Shown here piece after piece: positions 26,991 to 41,155 of a stretch of 63,751 nt of DNA (position 1 is its first letter; each line of letters opens with the position of its first letter). The notes beneath the pieces are model-generated. The model ran no database searches, was not told the origin of the DNA, and saw only the letters and a program-made list of their open reading frames with translations. Made by a program: the position numbers and the translations under genes. Where the stretch lies: contig NC_068993.1 in assembly GCF_001194135.2 (NCBI RefSeq), positions 5,956,001 to 6,019,751 of the forward strand. Direction: 5' to 3'. The stretch comes from Octopus bimaculoides. Its lineage: Eukaryota.

Positions 26991-28796
26991 CCAGTCGGAT
27001 GCCGTTCCTGTCGCCAACCACACACACACACACACACACATATAGGTATTATGTATGCATGTATGAATGCATGTGTGTGAGTTTTCCCTCTTGGAGAAAG
27101 AAGACGAACTTATAATGGTAACTGGTATTAGTTTTCAGAGTCAAGGAAAGATTATTTTAATACAACAATTTACATAGAAACAATCTTCTCATTGTCAGGA
27201 GAGAAAGGTGATAACTCCGGGCATGTTTCGAGTATATCTGGACGTCGTCAGTGAAGGATAGATCAAATATAAAGAAAACCACGCTGATAACTTTCTTCAT
27301 CGTCTTCTTACGTTAAATACCAACGATCTTTCACAAGCGACAACACTTCTATAACGCGAATATCCTCATGTTCTGTGGCATCGATATTTTGTTTCATTTG
27401 TCATAGTTCTGCGATTTAATCAAACCGAAGAATTTTACACTCGTTGCCAGAAACAGTGAGAAATCGGAGACAACGTAAAATAAAAAGAAATATATATATA
27501 AAAAAACAACAATTATTAAAGCAAAAAACTCAAGCTTACAGGAAACATTGATAATTTAATTTATCTCCCATCTTCCTTTTAAATTGATTTGTATACATGC
27601 ATATATATATCTCAATATATATATCTCAATATATATATATATATANNNNNNNNNNNNNNNNNNNNNNNNNNNNNNNNNNNNNNNNNNNNNNNNNNNNNNN
27701 NNNNNNNNNNNNNNNNNNNNNNNNNNNNNNNNNNNNNNNNNNNNNNNNNNNNNNNNNNNNNNNNNNNNNNNNNNNNNNNNNNNNNNNNNNNNNNNNNNNN
27801 NNNNNNNNNNNNNNNNNNNNNNNNNNNNNNNNNNNNNNNNNNNNNNNNNNNNNNNNNNNNNNNNNNNNNNNNNNNNNNNNNNNNNNNNNNNNNNNNNNNN
27901 NNNNNNNNNNNNNNNNNNNNNNNNNNNNNNNNNNNNNNNNNNNNNNNNNNNNNNNNNNNNNNNNNNNNNNNNNNNNNNNNNNNNNNNNNNNNNNNNNNNN
28001 NNNNNNNNNNNNNNNNNNNNNNNNNNNNNNNNNNNNNNNNNNNNNNNNNNNNNNNNNNNNNNNNNNNNNNNNNNNNNNNNNNNNNNNNNNNNNNNNNNNN
28101 NNNNNNNNNNNNNNNNNNNNNNNNNNNNNNNNNNNNNNNNNNNNNNNNNNNNNNNNNNNNNNNNNNNNNNNNNNNNNNNNNNNNNNNNNNNNNNNNNNNN
28201 NNNNNNNNNNNATATATATATATATATATATACACATATATACATATATATGTATATATATACACAAACACACACATATATATATATACACACACACATA
28301 TATATACTCACATATATACACACACACACACACATACATGCACAGAATAAAACACGTGCAGTACTTGTAAATATCATCATTTTATTGTATATATATGCAC
28401 ACAAACACATACGCAACACAACTACTTCACACATCGCGATAAACGCCTGCAGACGATCACATTTTATGCGAGTCTGCAATTACATATGCGAGCATACCAA
28501 CATTCCAGCACCTACATACACACAGGGATACGCGCACGCATATACAATTCCACAGACACGCGTAAACGGAGACAAGCTGTCACATAAACACAAGCATATT
28601 CTCTATTTAAACTGTCTCCGTCTCCACCACTTTATCTCCCGCTCTTTCGCTTTCTCTCTGTCATTGTATAATTTCTTTATCCTCTTCTTTTGGTCTCACT
28701 ATGCACCTACCTGTCAGTGTTAATCGCTTCATCTCGTCATCAGTCGCACACCCAATCAATCATTCAATGATTGAAACAACTCACCAACGAAGCAGA

Positions 28797-28829
<33 letters not shown>

Positions 28830-30204
28830 GATTTATCTAGCCAAATATGTATCTACTAATATACGTATGTATGTGTAATACATATGCTCGGATATGTAAA
28901 TGCATAACTATATGTGGGTGTATATATATATATATGTATATATATATGNNNNNNNNNNNNNNNNNNNNNNNNNNNNNNNNNNNNNNNNNNNNNNNNNNNN
29001 NNNNNNNNNNNNNNNNNNNNNNNNNNNNNNNNNNNNNNNNNNNNNNNNNNNNNNNNNNNNNNNNNNNNNNNNNNNNNNNNNNNNNNNNNNNNNNNNNNNN
29101 NNNNNNNNNNNNNNNNNNNNNNNNNNNNNNNNNNNNNNNNNNNNNNNNNNNNNNNNNNNNNNNNNNNNNNNNNNNNNNNNNNNNNNNNNNNNNNNNNNNN
29201 NNNNNNNNNNNNNNNNNNNNNNNNNNNNNNNNNNNNNNNNNNNNNNNNNNNNNNNNNNNNNNNNNNNNNNNNNNNNNNNNNNNNNNNNNNNNNNNNNNNN
29301 NNNNNNNNNNNNNNNNNNNNNNNNNNNNNNNNNNNNNNNNNNNNNNNNNNNNNNNNNNNNNNNNNNNNNNNNNNNNNNNNNNNNNNNNNNNNNNNNNNNN
29401 NNNNNNNNNNNNNNNNNNNNNNNNNNNNNNNNNNNNNNNNNNNNNNNNNNNNNNNNNNNNNNNNNNNNNNNNNNNNNNNNNNNNNNNNNNNNNNNNNNNN
29501 NNNNNNNNNNNNNNNNNNNNNNNNNNNNNNNNNNNNNNNNNNNNNNNNNNNNNNNNNNNNNNNNNNNNNNNNNNNNNNNNNNNNNNNNNNNNNNNNNNNN
29601 NNNATGTTAATTAAATTAATATTCAATTTATTACCTTCAGTATATATATATGTGCTTGAAAATGTGTTTGTTTATTGCAACACACAAAGATAAACACAGA
29701 AATACAGAAAAAGCAACCATTAAATAACGAAATAAAACATTGTATATAGACTTATCCTGTTTATAATAAAAAAAAAAAAATGCTGGGTTACTAACGAGGA
29801 GAAGCTTATTTCATCTTACACCTCATCAGTGAATAATTGAAAGGAGAAAAGTTATTAATTCTCGAATAAATGTGTGGAGTCATTCACCTGGAGGATGTTT
29901 TTGGAAACAAGGCGGAGTAATAGATTTGCCATGAGATGTTATGCGGTGGGGGGAAAGGAATGATTTAAATTTCTCCTAATCTCCATAGAAACCAGAAAAC
30001 TAGAGAGTAATAAGCTTTTCTGATATAGGAGCATGACCGGAAGTTTAGAATGGCAAGGGGATAGTGCTGACTACAGCGATGCCCAGTGCTTAAAGGGTGT
30101 TTATTTTATCGACCCCGAAAGGATGAATAGCAAAGTCGACCTGGGCGAAATTTGAACTCAGAAGGTAAATATACATACATACATACATACATACATACAT
30201 ACAT

Positions 30205-30261
<57 letters not shown>

Positions 30262-30262
<1 letters not shown>

Positions 30263-30617
30263 CCCACCCCGCTCAAGAGCTCCCTGAATAAGGTTTGTTT
30301 CAGGATGATGAACGAAAGGCCCATGTTTCCAGATGTGAATTTTTCAAACCCCAGACCATTCCTCTCAACACATGGGCTATGATGCTCCCCCACTACTTCT
30401 GCTCGTGATTAGAGATGCACATATCGTCTGCCACCAAAGGACATGCTCAACTGCTTAAGGTCAAACAACTGACATACAAATCTGTGGTATTTAGCAGAAT
30501 ACTTGCTGTAGCCCATCTTTTATACCAAGACAAAAGAATGTACATGGTAACACTTCCAATCAGTTAAGATCAGAAACCATGAGAATCACTGCTTGGTATT
30601 GCATCAGAGCATTATTA

Positions 30618-30670
<53 letters not shown>
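30262..30670 (+). mobile_element. 5'-truncated retroposon 3' end with (ATT)n tail
   Basis: Homologous to 17490-17605 and ends in a perfect (ATT)n tract. Confidence 0.6.
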
Positions 30671-30672
<2 letters not shown>

Positions 30673-31611
30673 CATTACAATGATGATGATAGTAATGGTG
30701 GTAACAATTACGATGATATGGCTTATAACAAACATGGTGGACCTACTGGTGATGACTGTAGCGGTGGAGTCGGTGGCGGTCGTGGTCTTGGTGATGGTAG
30801 AGATGAAGAAACGGATGATGATGATGACGACCACCACGATGGTGATGATGATGTTGATGAGTTGATGATCATTAGGACAGCAATAGTTGTCACGATGTTA
30901 AGCAGCGTGATGGCAACGATGGTGATGCTAGTTACAATCAATGGTGGTGGTGTCGAAGTTGATGGCACAGTTGGTAATATGATCATCTTCGTGATAAGAT
31001 TTATTTATTATTTTTATTATTTCACCATTTTGTTTTCTCTTTCTTTTTTTCTTTTCTCTTCCCTTTTTTTTTTTCTTGCAAATTATGCTGTGAGCTAAAC
31101 ATTTATAAAAGCAAAACTTTTTCGAAAAGAACCGAGACGGTGTTTCGCTGTTACTGACGTCTGTTTGTTTACTTCCCAAAGATAGTAATAATAATGTTCA
31201 AACAGGCAGCATTCATTATCTTAACTTTGATCATGTTCGGTGGAGGTGGGCATGAAAACATTACCGTTTCGCTCAAAATAAAGAACTACTAACTAAAGAA
31301 GCAAAAACTGGGAGTATGAACGCAGATTCATGCACTTTTTTTTTTCGTTAAATACACTTCTTGTTGCAGATAAACAAATTGATTACATAAAAGATTTTGG
31401 AGTGTGTATACATCGACAGCATTCACATAAGCGAATAAAAGATGAAGAGACGGTGATAATGTGTGTACATATAGGCATGTATACATGCATGTCAGTCTTC
31501 ATATATACCCGTGTGTAGATATGTGTCTATGTATACGTGTATGTATATATGTATACACTTATATGTGCCTATGTATGTATGTATGTATGTATCTATCTAT
31601 CTATCTATCTA

Positions 31612-31654
<43 letters not shown>

Positions 31655-31958
31655 NNNNNNNNNNNNNNNNNNNNNNNNNNNNNNNNNNNNNNNNNNNNNN
31701 NNNNNNNNNNNNNNNNNNNNNNNNNNNNNNNNNNNNNNNNNNNNNNNNNNNNNNNNNNNNNNNNNNNNNNNNNNNNNNNNNNNNNNNNNNNNNNNNNNNN
31801 NNNNNNNNNNNNNNNNNNNNNNNNNNNNNNNNNNNNNNNNNNNNNNNNNNNNNNNNNNNNNNNNNNNNNNNNNNNNNNNNNNNNNNNNNNNNNNNNNNNN
31901 NNNNNNNNNNNNNNNNNNNNNNNNNNNNNNNNNNNNNNNNNNNNNNNNNNNNNNNNNN

Positions 31959-31989
<31 letters not shown>

Positions 31990-32371
31990 GCATATATACA
32001 TGCACATATAAATGTATATGTCTGTTCATATACATGCAGAGACACACACATTCAAGCCCTCGCATATATCGTTTGTATAATTTACCAGTACGATGACAAA
32101 CATACAAACACATTGTTACACTCATGCACACTCACAGCAAGATGACAACGGAGAAAACAAACATTCAGCAATGTCAGGCGTCTGTAGGCAGGTTTCCAAA
32201 TTTTTACTGCGCATTTATTTGCCTAGAAATGGCTGATCAGTGCAGTGATATGCGACCAAATGGTTGAATGAATCAGAAAAATTCACAAAAATTGGGATAA
32301 TACATGGTTTACCTCTGTTTTTATGGAAAACTAAAAGCACCTGAGCGGCAGGAGTTATTTCCTTTCAATTG

Positions 32372-32375
<4 letters not shown>

Positions 32376-32442
<67 letters not shown>

Positions 32443-32550
32443 TAGTTTTATTTTTATAACGTGCTTTCACTTCACTACCGAGCGCAGTTCTGTGTGCCTT
32501 GGGTATGTGCTGTGGTTTGCTGTGATGCTCTTATGGTTACTGTATTGAAA
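32376..32550 (-). mobile_element. 3' end of a LINE with (AAT)n tail, possibly R4/Dong clade
   Basis: Minus strand reads TCA ATA CAG TAA (SIQ*), then a roughly 100-nt UTR and perfect (AAT)n. The clade assignment is from recall only. Confidence 0.45.
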
Positions 32551-32867
32551 TACAAATGATTCATTCATAATCAGTATGCAACACTTAATCCATATTCCAA
32601 ATTTGAAAACAATTGGAACACAATTGTAAACAGAGACGAAAATCATCAAGATCCCAAGAATGTTGACAGTGACTTCGAAGTTTTCATCGGTTTAGCCATT
32701 GTTTGACGATGGTTTAGCTAGCCGAAACTTCTAAGTCGGTATCAATAACATTCTTGTATAAGAATAACATGTATGTACACACACACACTTACACACACAT
32801 ACATACAGACATACATAAATATTCACTACGTATATACACATATGCAAGCATGGCCTTATAATGATAC

Positions 32868-33115
32868 ACAGACATTTCTCCAGACTATCTGCACTTCCCT
32901 CCTTTTCGTCGTCTCTGGACTTTTTCTGTTACAGAGAATTATGTTGGGCCAAAGTTTTTTGCAAAATTTTGGCAACTTATTCACGACGATTCATCGACCA
33001 GGCAGAGGCTTCGGTGAAGGAATCAAAGAACTGGCAGAAAAAGTGGTTGCACATGGTGCAAAAAGATGGCCTCTCTGTTGAATACAAGGCTGCGTTTTTT
33101 GTAACTTGATGAATG
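32868..33115 (+). mobile_element. Mariner-like transposase C-terminal remnant
   Basis: DISPDY..H-like motif, then F.EGIKELAE(K)WLHMVQKDGLSVE across a frameshift. Confidence 0.45.
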
Positions 33116-33929
33116 AAGCAAATAATATATACACGTGCATGAATATATGTATATACGTATATTTGTGTGTGTGCATGTATGTATATCTATATATAATTGC
33201 CTGCGTGTATGTGTATATATTTGTATGACAAAAGATGTCTATANNNNNNNNNNNNNNNNNNNNNNNNNNNNNNNNNNNNNNNNNNNNNNNNNNNNNNNNN
33301 NNNNNNNNNNNNNNNNNNNNNNNNNNNNNNNNNNNNNNNNNNNNNNNNNNNNNNNNNNNNNNNNNNNNNNNNNNNNNNNNNNNNNNNNNNNNNNNNNNNN
33401 NNNNNNNNNNNNNNNNNNNNNNNNNNNNNNNNNNNNNNNNNNNNNNNNNNNNNNNNNNNNNNNNNNNNNNNNNNNNNNNNNNNNNNNNNNNNNNNNNNNN
33501 NNNNNNNNNNNNNNNNNNNNNNNNNNNNNNNNNNNNNNNNNNNNNNNNNNNNNNNNNNNNNNNNNNNNNNNNNNNNNNNNNNNNNNNNNNNNNNNNNNNN
33601 NNNNNNNNNNNNNNNNNNNNNNNNNNNNNNNNNNNNNNNNNNNNNNNNNNNNNNNNNNNNNNNNNNNNNNNNNNNNNNNNNNNNNNNNNNNNNNNNNNNN
33701 NNNNNNNNNNNNNNNNNNNNNNNNNNNNNNNNNNNNNNNNNNNNNNNNNNNNNNNNNNNNNNNNNNNNNNNNNNNNNNNNNNNNNNNNNNNNNNNNNNNN
33801 NNNNNNNNNNNNNNNNNNNNNNNNNNNNNNNNNNNNNNNNNNNNNNNNNNNNNNNNNNNNNNNNNNNNNNNNNNNNNNNNNNNNNNNNNNNNNNNNNNNN
33901 NNNNNNNNNNNNNNNNNNNNNNNNNNGCA

Positions 33930-33964
<35 letters not shown>

Positions 33965-34439
33965 TAAACATGTAAATACATATAAATAGATATGTACTTA
34001 TAATTGTATATATATATATATGTGCACCATGTATATACAATGCATCTATGTACGCATTTATGCACATACATGCACATATATATACATATATGTATGTGTG
34101 TGAATATATATATATGTGTATTCATGTATGTGTGTGTATATATATAGATATATATATATATAGACATACGTATGTATTTAAATAAAAAAATATATACATA
34201 CATGTATATATATCTGCATTGGAAAGGGCATTTTCCCATAGTCCTCATGCACGTTCACACATTCCCCTATATAATATACACAAAAACACTCACACATTTT
34301 ATATGTGTAGGTTGGCGGTTATTGACATACAGAGCCATTCCTCCGAGTTTCCTGAGTACGAAATGACATGTCTAATTGACCAGATATTCGATAAATCCTA
34401 AGCCATCGCCTGAACTCGCCTTGACTGCTGTCTTAAATA

Positions 34440-35290
34440 TTACACGAGCTTGAGACAGATAGACACCACTTTTATATGAAACCAACTAAGGAGATAATAT
34501 ACTTCTAAAAGAACTGCAAGCATTTTTAGCTCTATAATTGGAAACTGATACGGTTAAGTAGAAGAGTATCCAACGTATAAATTAGCCTTATCTTCAAGTG
34601 TTTATTTTAGTTCGAATTTAGTTTATATAGAAAATCATTTTCCAAACATTAACCCCCAAACGACCAGGAAGTCTAAAGGAACGAGAGTAAACTTGTTTAA
34701 GATTCCCCTTCCCTAGATTTAGACGTTATTATAAAACATTTCCCCTTCCCTAGATTTAGACGTTACAATAAAACATTTTTTGGGACTTTCGATCTAGCTA
34801 CTAAAACAGCACTTTCCGGCATCAAATAAATACAAAACATTCGACGCACATAATGTTAAATTTAGTTATTCTTGTCTAGACAACAAAGCTGATAGTATTG
34901 CAAACCACAACCAATATAATATGTCTGCACCGTCCCTTCTTCAGCACCCTATCTGTAATTACACAAACCGAACACGTCTTTCGGGGGACTCCTGGTTTAT
35001 AGAACTACGCTGATTTCGCTAGATGCTATCCAGAGGAACTATATGGGATTTAACTCTAAATATCTCAAAGGATTACAAAACTACTGTCAAAACCATTTTA
35101 AGTACAAGAATAAGGTGAACCCAACCTACTATCCTTTCGTGTTTCATTTGGAAGCCGAGAGATCAAGGATATTAGTATTTCATTGTAACTTGGAACAGCA
35201 TCGATGATATACCCTCATTTGTCAATAAATTACGTACGTACGACCCACTACCTCGTCACCGTAAGCTTGCCGAAGTATGCTTAATGTCCT
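34440..35290 (+). mobile_element. Penelope-like element remnant: RT thumb, linker and GIY-YIG endonuclease
   Basis: FYMKPT, YKLALSSSVY, HFPASNKYKTFDAHNVKFSYSCLDN (34810-34884; compare KHFP....KIFN..TVKISYSCMPN), CNYTNRTRLSG (34954) and YMG (35040). Confidence 0.78.
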
Positions 35291-35459
35291 AGTAGTAGGC
35301 TTCTCAAGTTTAACGCAAATTTTTACGTATATATATATATGTAATATATATATATATATATCATATATTTATATATATCTATATATATATTTATTTATGT
35401 ATGCATGTATATACATACATATATACATGCATACATACATACATACATGCATACATACA

Positions 35460-35512
<53 letters not shown>

Positions 35513-35901
35513 NNNNNNNNNNNNNNNNNNNNNNNNNNNNNNNNNNNNNNNNNNNNNNNNNNNNNNNNNNNNNNNNNNNNNNNNNNNNNNNNNNNNNNNN
35601 NNNNNNNNNNNNNNNNNNNNNNNNNNNNNNNNNNNNNNNNNNNNNNNNNNNNNNNNNNNNNNNNNNNNNNNNNNNNNNNNNNNNNNNNNNNNNNNNNNNN
35701 NNNNNNNNNNNNNNNNNNNNNNNNNNNNNNNNNNNNNNNNNNNNNNNNNNNNNNNNNNNNNNNNNNNNNNNNNNNNNNNNNNNNNNNNNNNNNNNNNNNN
35801 NNNNNNNNNNNNNNNNNNNNNNNNNNNNNNNNNNNNNNNNNNNNNNNNNNNNNNNNNNNNNNNNNNNNNNNNNNNNNNNNNNNNNNNNNNNNNNNNNNNN
35901 N

Positions 35902-35934
<33 letters not shown>

Positions 35935-37840
35935 CATACACACATTCATATATAGAGACACACACACATATACACCAACACCGGCTGTCAGACAATAAAT
36001 TTATATATATATGTCTCAATAAATTTTCGTACTTATTAAATTTTTCTCCAATCCATCTAAAATTCATTACAAAATTACAACACTATATCAACGTAATTAA
36101 ATTTTGGCAAAAAACAAAAAACAAAACAAAAACAAACTATTTCTCTGTTAATTCCAGACATGATATACAATAAATTTATCCCAATATTAGTCTTGTGTTC
36201 CGGCACAAACACTCGAAAATAGTAAAGTTCTTGTTGTGGTATTCTTTTATTTCTCTTTTACTTATAATTGCTTTTGTGTGAAAATCTGATAACTCCGAGC
36301 AGTGTCTGGCAGAGATGTTACGGCTTCAGGCTAAAAATAATTCGATGATTCGATATCCTATGGTAACAAGGAAACGACCTTTAAATTTTATGACATATAA
36401 GTGTGAATGCATAAGTCAGAGCGGATAAATGGGTCTGCAGTAAATATGCGACTGGATATCCAAACGTTTCTAACACGTCCATCATGCAAATTCTTTTGCT
36501 CATATCCGCCGATGATTATCTACTTTTCTTTACTAAAAGAAGACAAGGGTTCAGTCTGGACAGGATTTCCAACATAGCACGGCATAGCGAGCGATTTAGC
36601 TCACATCTGGTCTCCTTTTCGGTACATGGTATTGATAAGTCACATATGGCGAAACATTAATGTCTACCGCTCTTGTAACAGGACCTGCCGTGAGTTATCT
36701 CGCTTTTCTATGACTTCTAGGTGTTTTTGCACCAGACATATTGACAAGAAAAGTTTTCTCTTATGCCTATAAATCGTAGCGTGCCCACGAACTAGCAATA
36801 CTCATACCTTGTGTATGTGTATTCGATATTATTTATATTCCCCGGGTTGCATCTCACTCATATTTGAATATATATATATATATATATATCTATATATATA
36901 TATATATATATATATATNNNNNNNNNNNNNNNNNNNNNNNNNNNNNNNNNNNNNNNNNNNNNNNNNNNNNNNNNNNNNNNNNNNNNNNNNNNNNNNNNNN
37001 NNNNNNNNNNNNNNNNNNNNNNNNNNNNNNNNNNNNNNNNNNNNNNNNNNNNNNNNNNNNNNNNNNNNNNNNNNNNNNNNNNNNNNNNNNNNNNNNNNNN
37101 NNNNNNNNNNNNNNNNNNNNNNNNNNNNNNNNNNNNNNNNNNNNNNNNNNNNNNNNNNNNNNNNNNNNNNNNNNNNNNNNNNNNNNNNNNNNNNNNNNNN
37201 NNNNNNNNNNNNNNNNNNNNNNNNNNNNNNNNNNNNNNNNNNNNNNNNNNNNNNNNNNNNNNNNNNNNNNNNNNNNNNNNNNNNNNNNNNNNNNNNNNNN
37301 NNNNNNNNNNNNNNNNNNNNNNNNNNNNNNNNNNNNNNNNNNNNNNNNNNNNNNNNNNNNNNNNNNNNNNNNNNNNNNNNNNNNNNNNNNNNNNNNNNNN
37401 NNNNNNNNNNNNNNNNNNNNNNNNNNNNNNNNNNNNNNNNNNNNNNNNNNNNNNNNNNNNNNNNNNNNNNNNNNNNNNNNNNNNNNNNNNNNNNNNNNNN
37501 NNNNNNNNNNNNNNNNNNNNNNNNNNNNNNNNNNNNNNNNNNNNNNNNNNNNNNNNNNNNNNNNNNNNNNNNNNNNNNNNNNNNNNNNNNNNNNNNNNNN
37601 NNNNNNNNNNNNNNNNNNNNNNNNNNNNNNNNNNNNNNNNNNNNNNNNNNNNNNNNNNNNNNNNNNNNNNNNNNNNNNNNNNNNNNNNNNNNNNNNNNNN
37701 NNNNNNNNNNNNNNNNNNNNNNNNNNNNNNNNNNNNNNNNNNNNNNNNNNNNNNNNNNNNNNNNNNNNNNNNNNNNNNNNNNNNNNNNNNNNNNNNNNNN
37801 NNNNNNNNNNNNNNNNNNNNNNNNNNNNNNNNNNNNNNNN

Positions 37841-37940
<100 letters not shown>

Positions 37941-38396
37941 GGCCTGCCAGCTTGCCTGTCTCTATCTATCTGTCTGTCTGCCTGCCTGTCTAATTTTTTT
38001 ACATTATATGAACGTAATATCTCCTTGGGGCTGCGTTGGTCATCAGATGCTTTTGATTGGTTATCAACATTTTCCACCCACAAATTTCTTTCTTTTGACA
38101 AAGGTTCTGAATTCAAATTCCACCTAGGTCGACTTTGCCTTTCATACTTTCGGGGTCGATAAATTAAGTACCAGTNNNNNNNNNNATCTATCTATCTATC
38201 TGTCTATCTGTCTGTCTGTCTGTCTGTCTGTCTAGTGTTATTATATAGCTGCATATAGGCATATAGCTTATATATTGGCTTGAAAGAGTAAATATCAATA
38301 ATTTCAATTTGTTTTACACTTAAACACTTATTTAAATATCGGAAATAGATTATTGGAAAGGCTTGGTACGAATATATGAACGTGAGAATTCATATA

Positions 38397-38427
<31 letters not shown>

Positions 38428-38536
38428 TACTTTGGGAACTCGATCTCAAAACAGATATAAAGCTACATATATATCTATACATATATACATACCAGGGTTA
38501 AGGAATGGAGTAGAGCAGAACCTAAGAAGTGGTAAA

Positions 38537-38644
<108 letters not shown>

Positions 38645-40320
38645 GGCCTGCCAGCNNNNNNNNNNNNNNNNNNNNNNNNNNNNNNNNNNNNNNNNNNNNN
38701 NNNNNNNNNNNNNNNNNNNNNNNNNNNNNNNNNNNNNNNNNNNNNNNNNNNNNNNNNNNNNNNNNNNNNNNNNNNNNNNNNNNNNNNNNNNNNNNNNNNN
38801 NNNNNNNNNNNNNNNNNNNNNNNNNNNNNNNNNNNNNNNNNNNNNNNNNNNNNNNNNNNNNNNNNNNNNNNNNNNNNNNNNNNNNNNNNNNNNNNNNNNN
38901 NNNNNNNNNNNNNNNNNNNNNNNNNNNNNNNNNNNNNNNNNNNNNNNNNNNNNNNNNNNNNNNNNNNNNNNNNNNNNNNNNNNNNNNNNNNNNNNNNNNN
39001 NNNNNNNNNNNNNNNNNNNNNNNNNNNNNNNNNNNNNNNNNNNNNNNNNNNNNNNNNNNNNNNNNNNNNNNNNNNNNNNNNNNNNNNNNNNNNNNNNNNN
39101 NNNNNNNNNNNNNNNNNNNNNNNNNNNNNNNNNNNNNNNNNNNNNNNNNNNNNNNNNNNNNNNNNNNNNNNNNNNNNNNNNNNNNNNNNNNNNNNNNNNN
39201 NNNNNNNNNNNNNNNNNNNNNNNNNNNNNNNNNNNNNNNNNNNNNNNNNNNNNNNNNNNNNNNNNNNNNNNNNNNNNNNNNNNNNNNNNNNNNNNNNNNN
39301 NNNNNNNNATATATATATAAATATATATATATATGTATACATATATATATAAATATATACACACACATACATACATATATATATATATATATACATACAG
39401 GTATAAACACACACTAATTTTAGTAGCAGACACAGACTAAGAAATGACGACTAAGCATAGATAACTGCTGGATATCACATAGAGCTATTGTTTTTATTTC
39501 ATTTATTTATCATTTATGTATTTCGTCTTGTTTATCATTTACACATTTTACCTATAAAACCCACAGATCAGATAATTAAGCCGGATAAATGATTTATTCA
39601 GACACAATTTGCATGCTCCACTACATTCAGCGCAGATATTTTAAACTGCTGTAGAAGTTAGATATCTCACTGCGTTCTTCCGGCCCGTTACACATTTAAA
39701 CATCCAGTTTAAATATGGTCGCCGTTTAAAACCGCTTTCTTTTTAGCTAATGATTGGAGCTAATGGAGTGTAGCATGATCTTCATATCTTTCTTGTGAGC
39801 TTCGTTACTTTCTCACCGTGTTCTGCTCACCAGTCTTCGTAAATGGTCTTTGTTTCTGTTTTTGATTTCTTTACATTTGTTTTTGGCTAGTTACCAAAGA
39901 CATTACAGTTAATTTGATCTTTCGAAATGCGTTACTAATAACCTCTTCTCTTTTGTATATTGCATTGTTTTTGTTATTGATTTTTTTGTTTTTGTGCTTG
40001 CCTAATTGTTCGATTGTTGAAGAATCGTATTCTTTATTTCCATTAAAGGAAAATAAAATTACCATAAAAGAAAACTCAAAAGAATCTCAAAGTACCGTAC
40101 ATAAATGCCGTGAACCAATCATTTCGCTTGTCGGAAATCTGGTACAAACGATGCCTTTGTTCACAGAAAACAATGAAATGTAAAATAAAGAGAAATATAA
40201 AAATAAAAATAAAATAAATGTGTGGTTAGGAAGCTATTTTGTGACACCGAGGTTTCGTGTTCAACCGCTGTGTGAGAGACCTTGGACAAATATGTTGTAC
40301 AATAGCTCCGGGTCGGAGCT

Positions 40321-40351
<31 letters not shown>

Positions 40352-40355
40352 TTAT

Positions 40356-40393
<38 letters not shown>

Positions 40394-41109
40394 TTATATT
40401 TATCCTATTTTATATCGGCGCAGCTCCGCGTGATCCCACAAAAAAACTGGTATTGCCAGTTGGCATCATTAGGCTGTATATATATATATATANNNNNNNN
40501 NNNNNNNNNNNNNNNNNNNNNNNNNNNNNNNNNNNNNNNNNNNNNNNNNNNNNNNNNNNNNNNNNNNNNNNNNNNNNNNNNNNNNNNNNNNNNNNNNNNN
40601 NNNNNNNNNNNNNNNNNNNNNNNNNNNNNNNNNNNNNNNNNNNNNNNNNNNNNNNNNNNNNNNNNNNNNNNNNNNNNNNNNNNNNNNNNNNNNNNNNNNN
40701 NNNNNNNNNNNNNNNNNNNNNNNNNNNNNNNNNNNNNNNNNNNNNNNNNNNNNNNNNNNNNNNNNNNNNNNNNNNNNNNNNNNNNNNNNNNNNNNNNNNN
40801 NNNNNNNNNNNNNNNNNNNNNNNNNNNNNNNNNNNNNNNNNNNNNNNNNNNNNNNNNNNNNNNNNNNNNNNNNNNNNNNNNNNNNNNNNNNNNNNNNNNN
40901 NNNNNNNNNNNNNNNNNNNNNNNNNNNNNNNNNNNNNNNNNNNNNNNNNNNNNNNNNNNNNNNNNNNNNGATAAATGAGTAATATAAATCTAACTAAGAA
41001 CGTCTGTAATCAGTAATCCCATAATTCCTGGTTTGAAGGTTGCACAAGATGTCAGCCGTTGCTGAAATATATGAGAGTTGAGTTGGAGAGAGAGTGGGGA
41101 GGAGATAAG

Positions 41110-41155
<46 letters not shown>

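Noticed and set aside
27407-27455. 49-bp AG...GTGAGA micro-exon candidate on the + strand
   Set aside because: Too short to distinguish from chance in AT-rich DNA, and no partner exons.
30718-31098. Gly/Asp-rich ORF MAYNKHGGPTGDD...
   Set aside because: It lies in a mosaic GGT/GAT trinucleotide block that is open in several frames, typical of cryptic simple sequence.
36632-36658. TTGATAA GTCA-CATA-TGGC GAAAC ATT
   Set aside because: Stem II is good, but there are two core mismatches, no stem I and no related copy in the window.
39580-39900. Minus-strand Cys-rich degenerate frame (CAECSGACKLCL)
   Set aside because: Multiple stops; could be a transposon remnant but no family can be supported.
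39914-40183. 89-aa ORF with a hydrophobic N-terminus
   Set aside because: The hydrophobicity comes from a T-rich low-complexity tract, it has a TTG start, and there is no recognisable domain.
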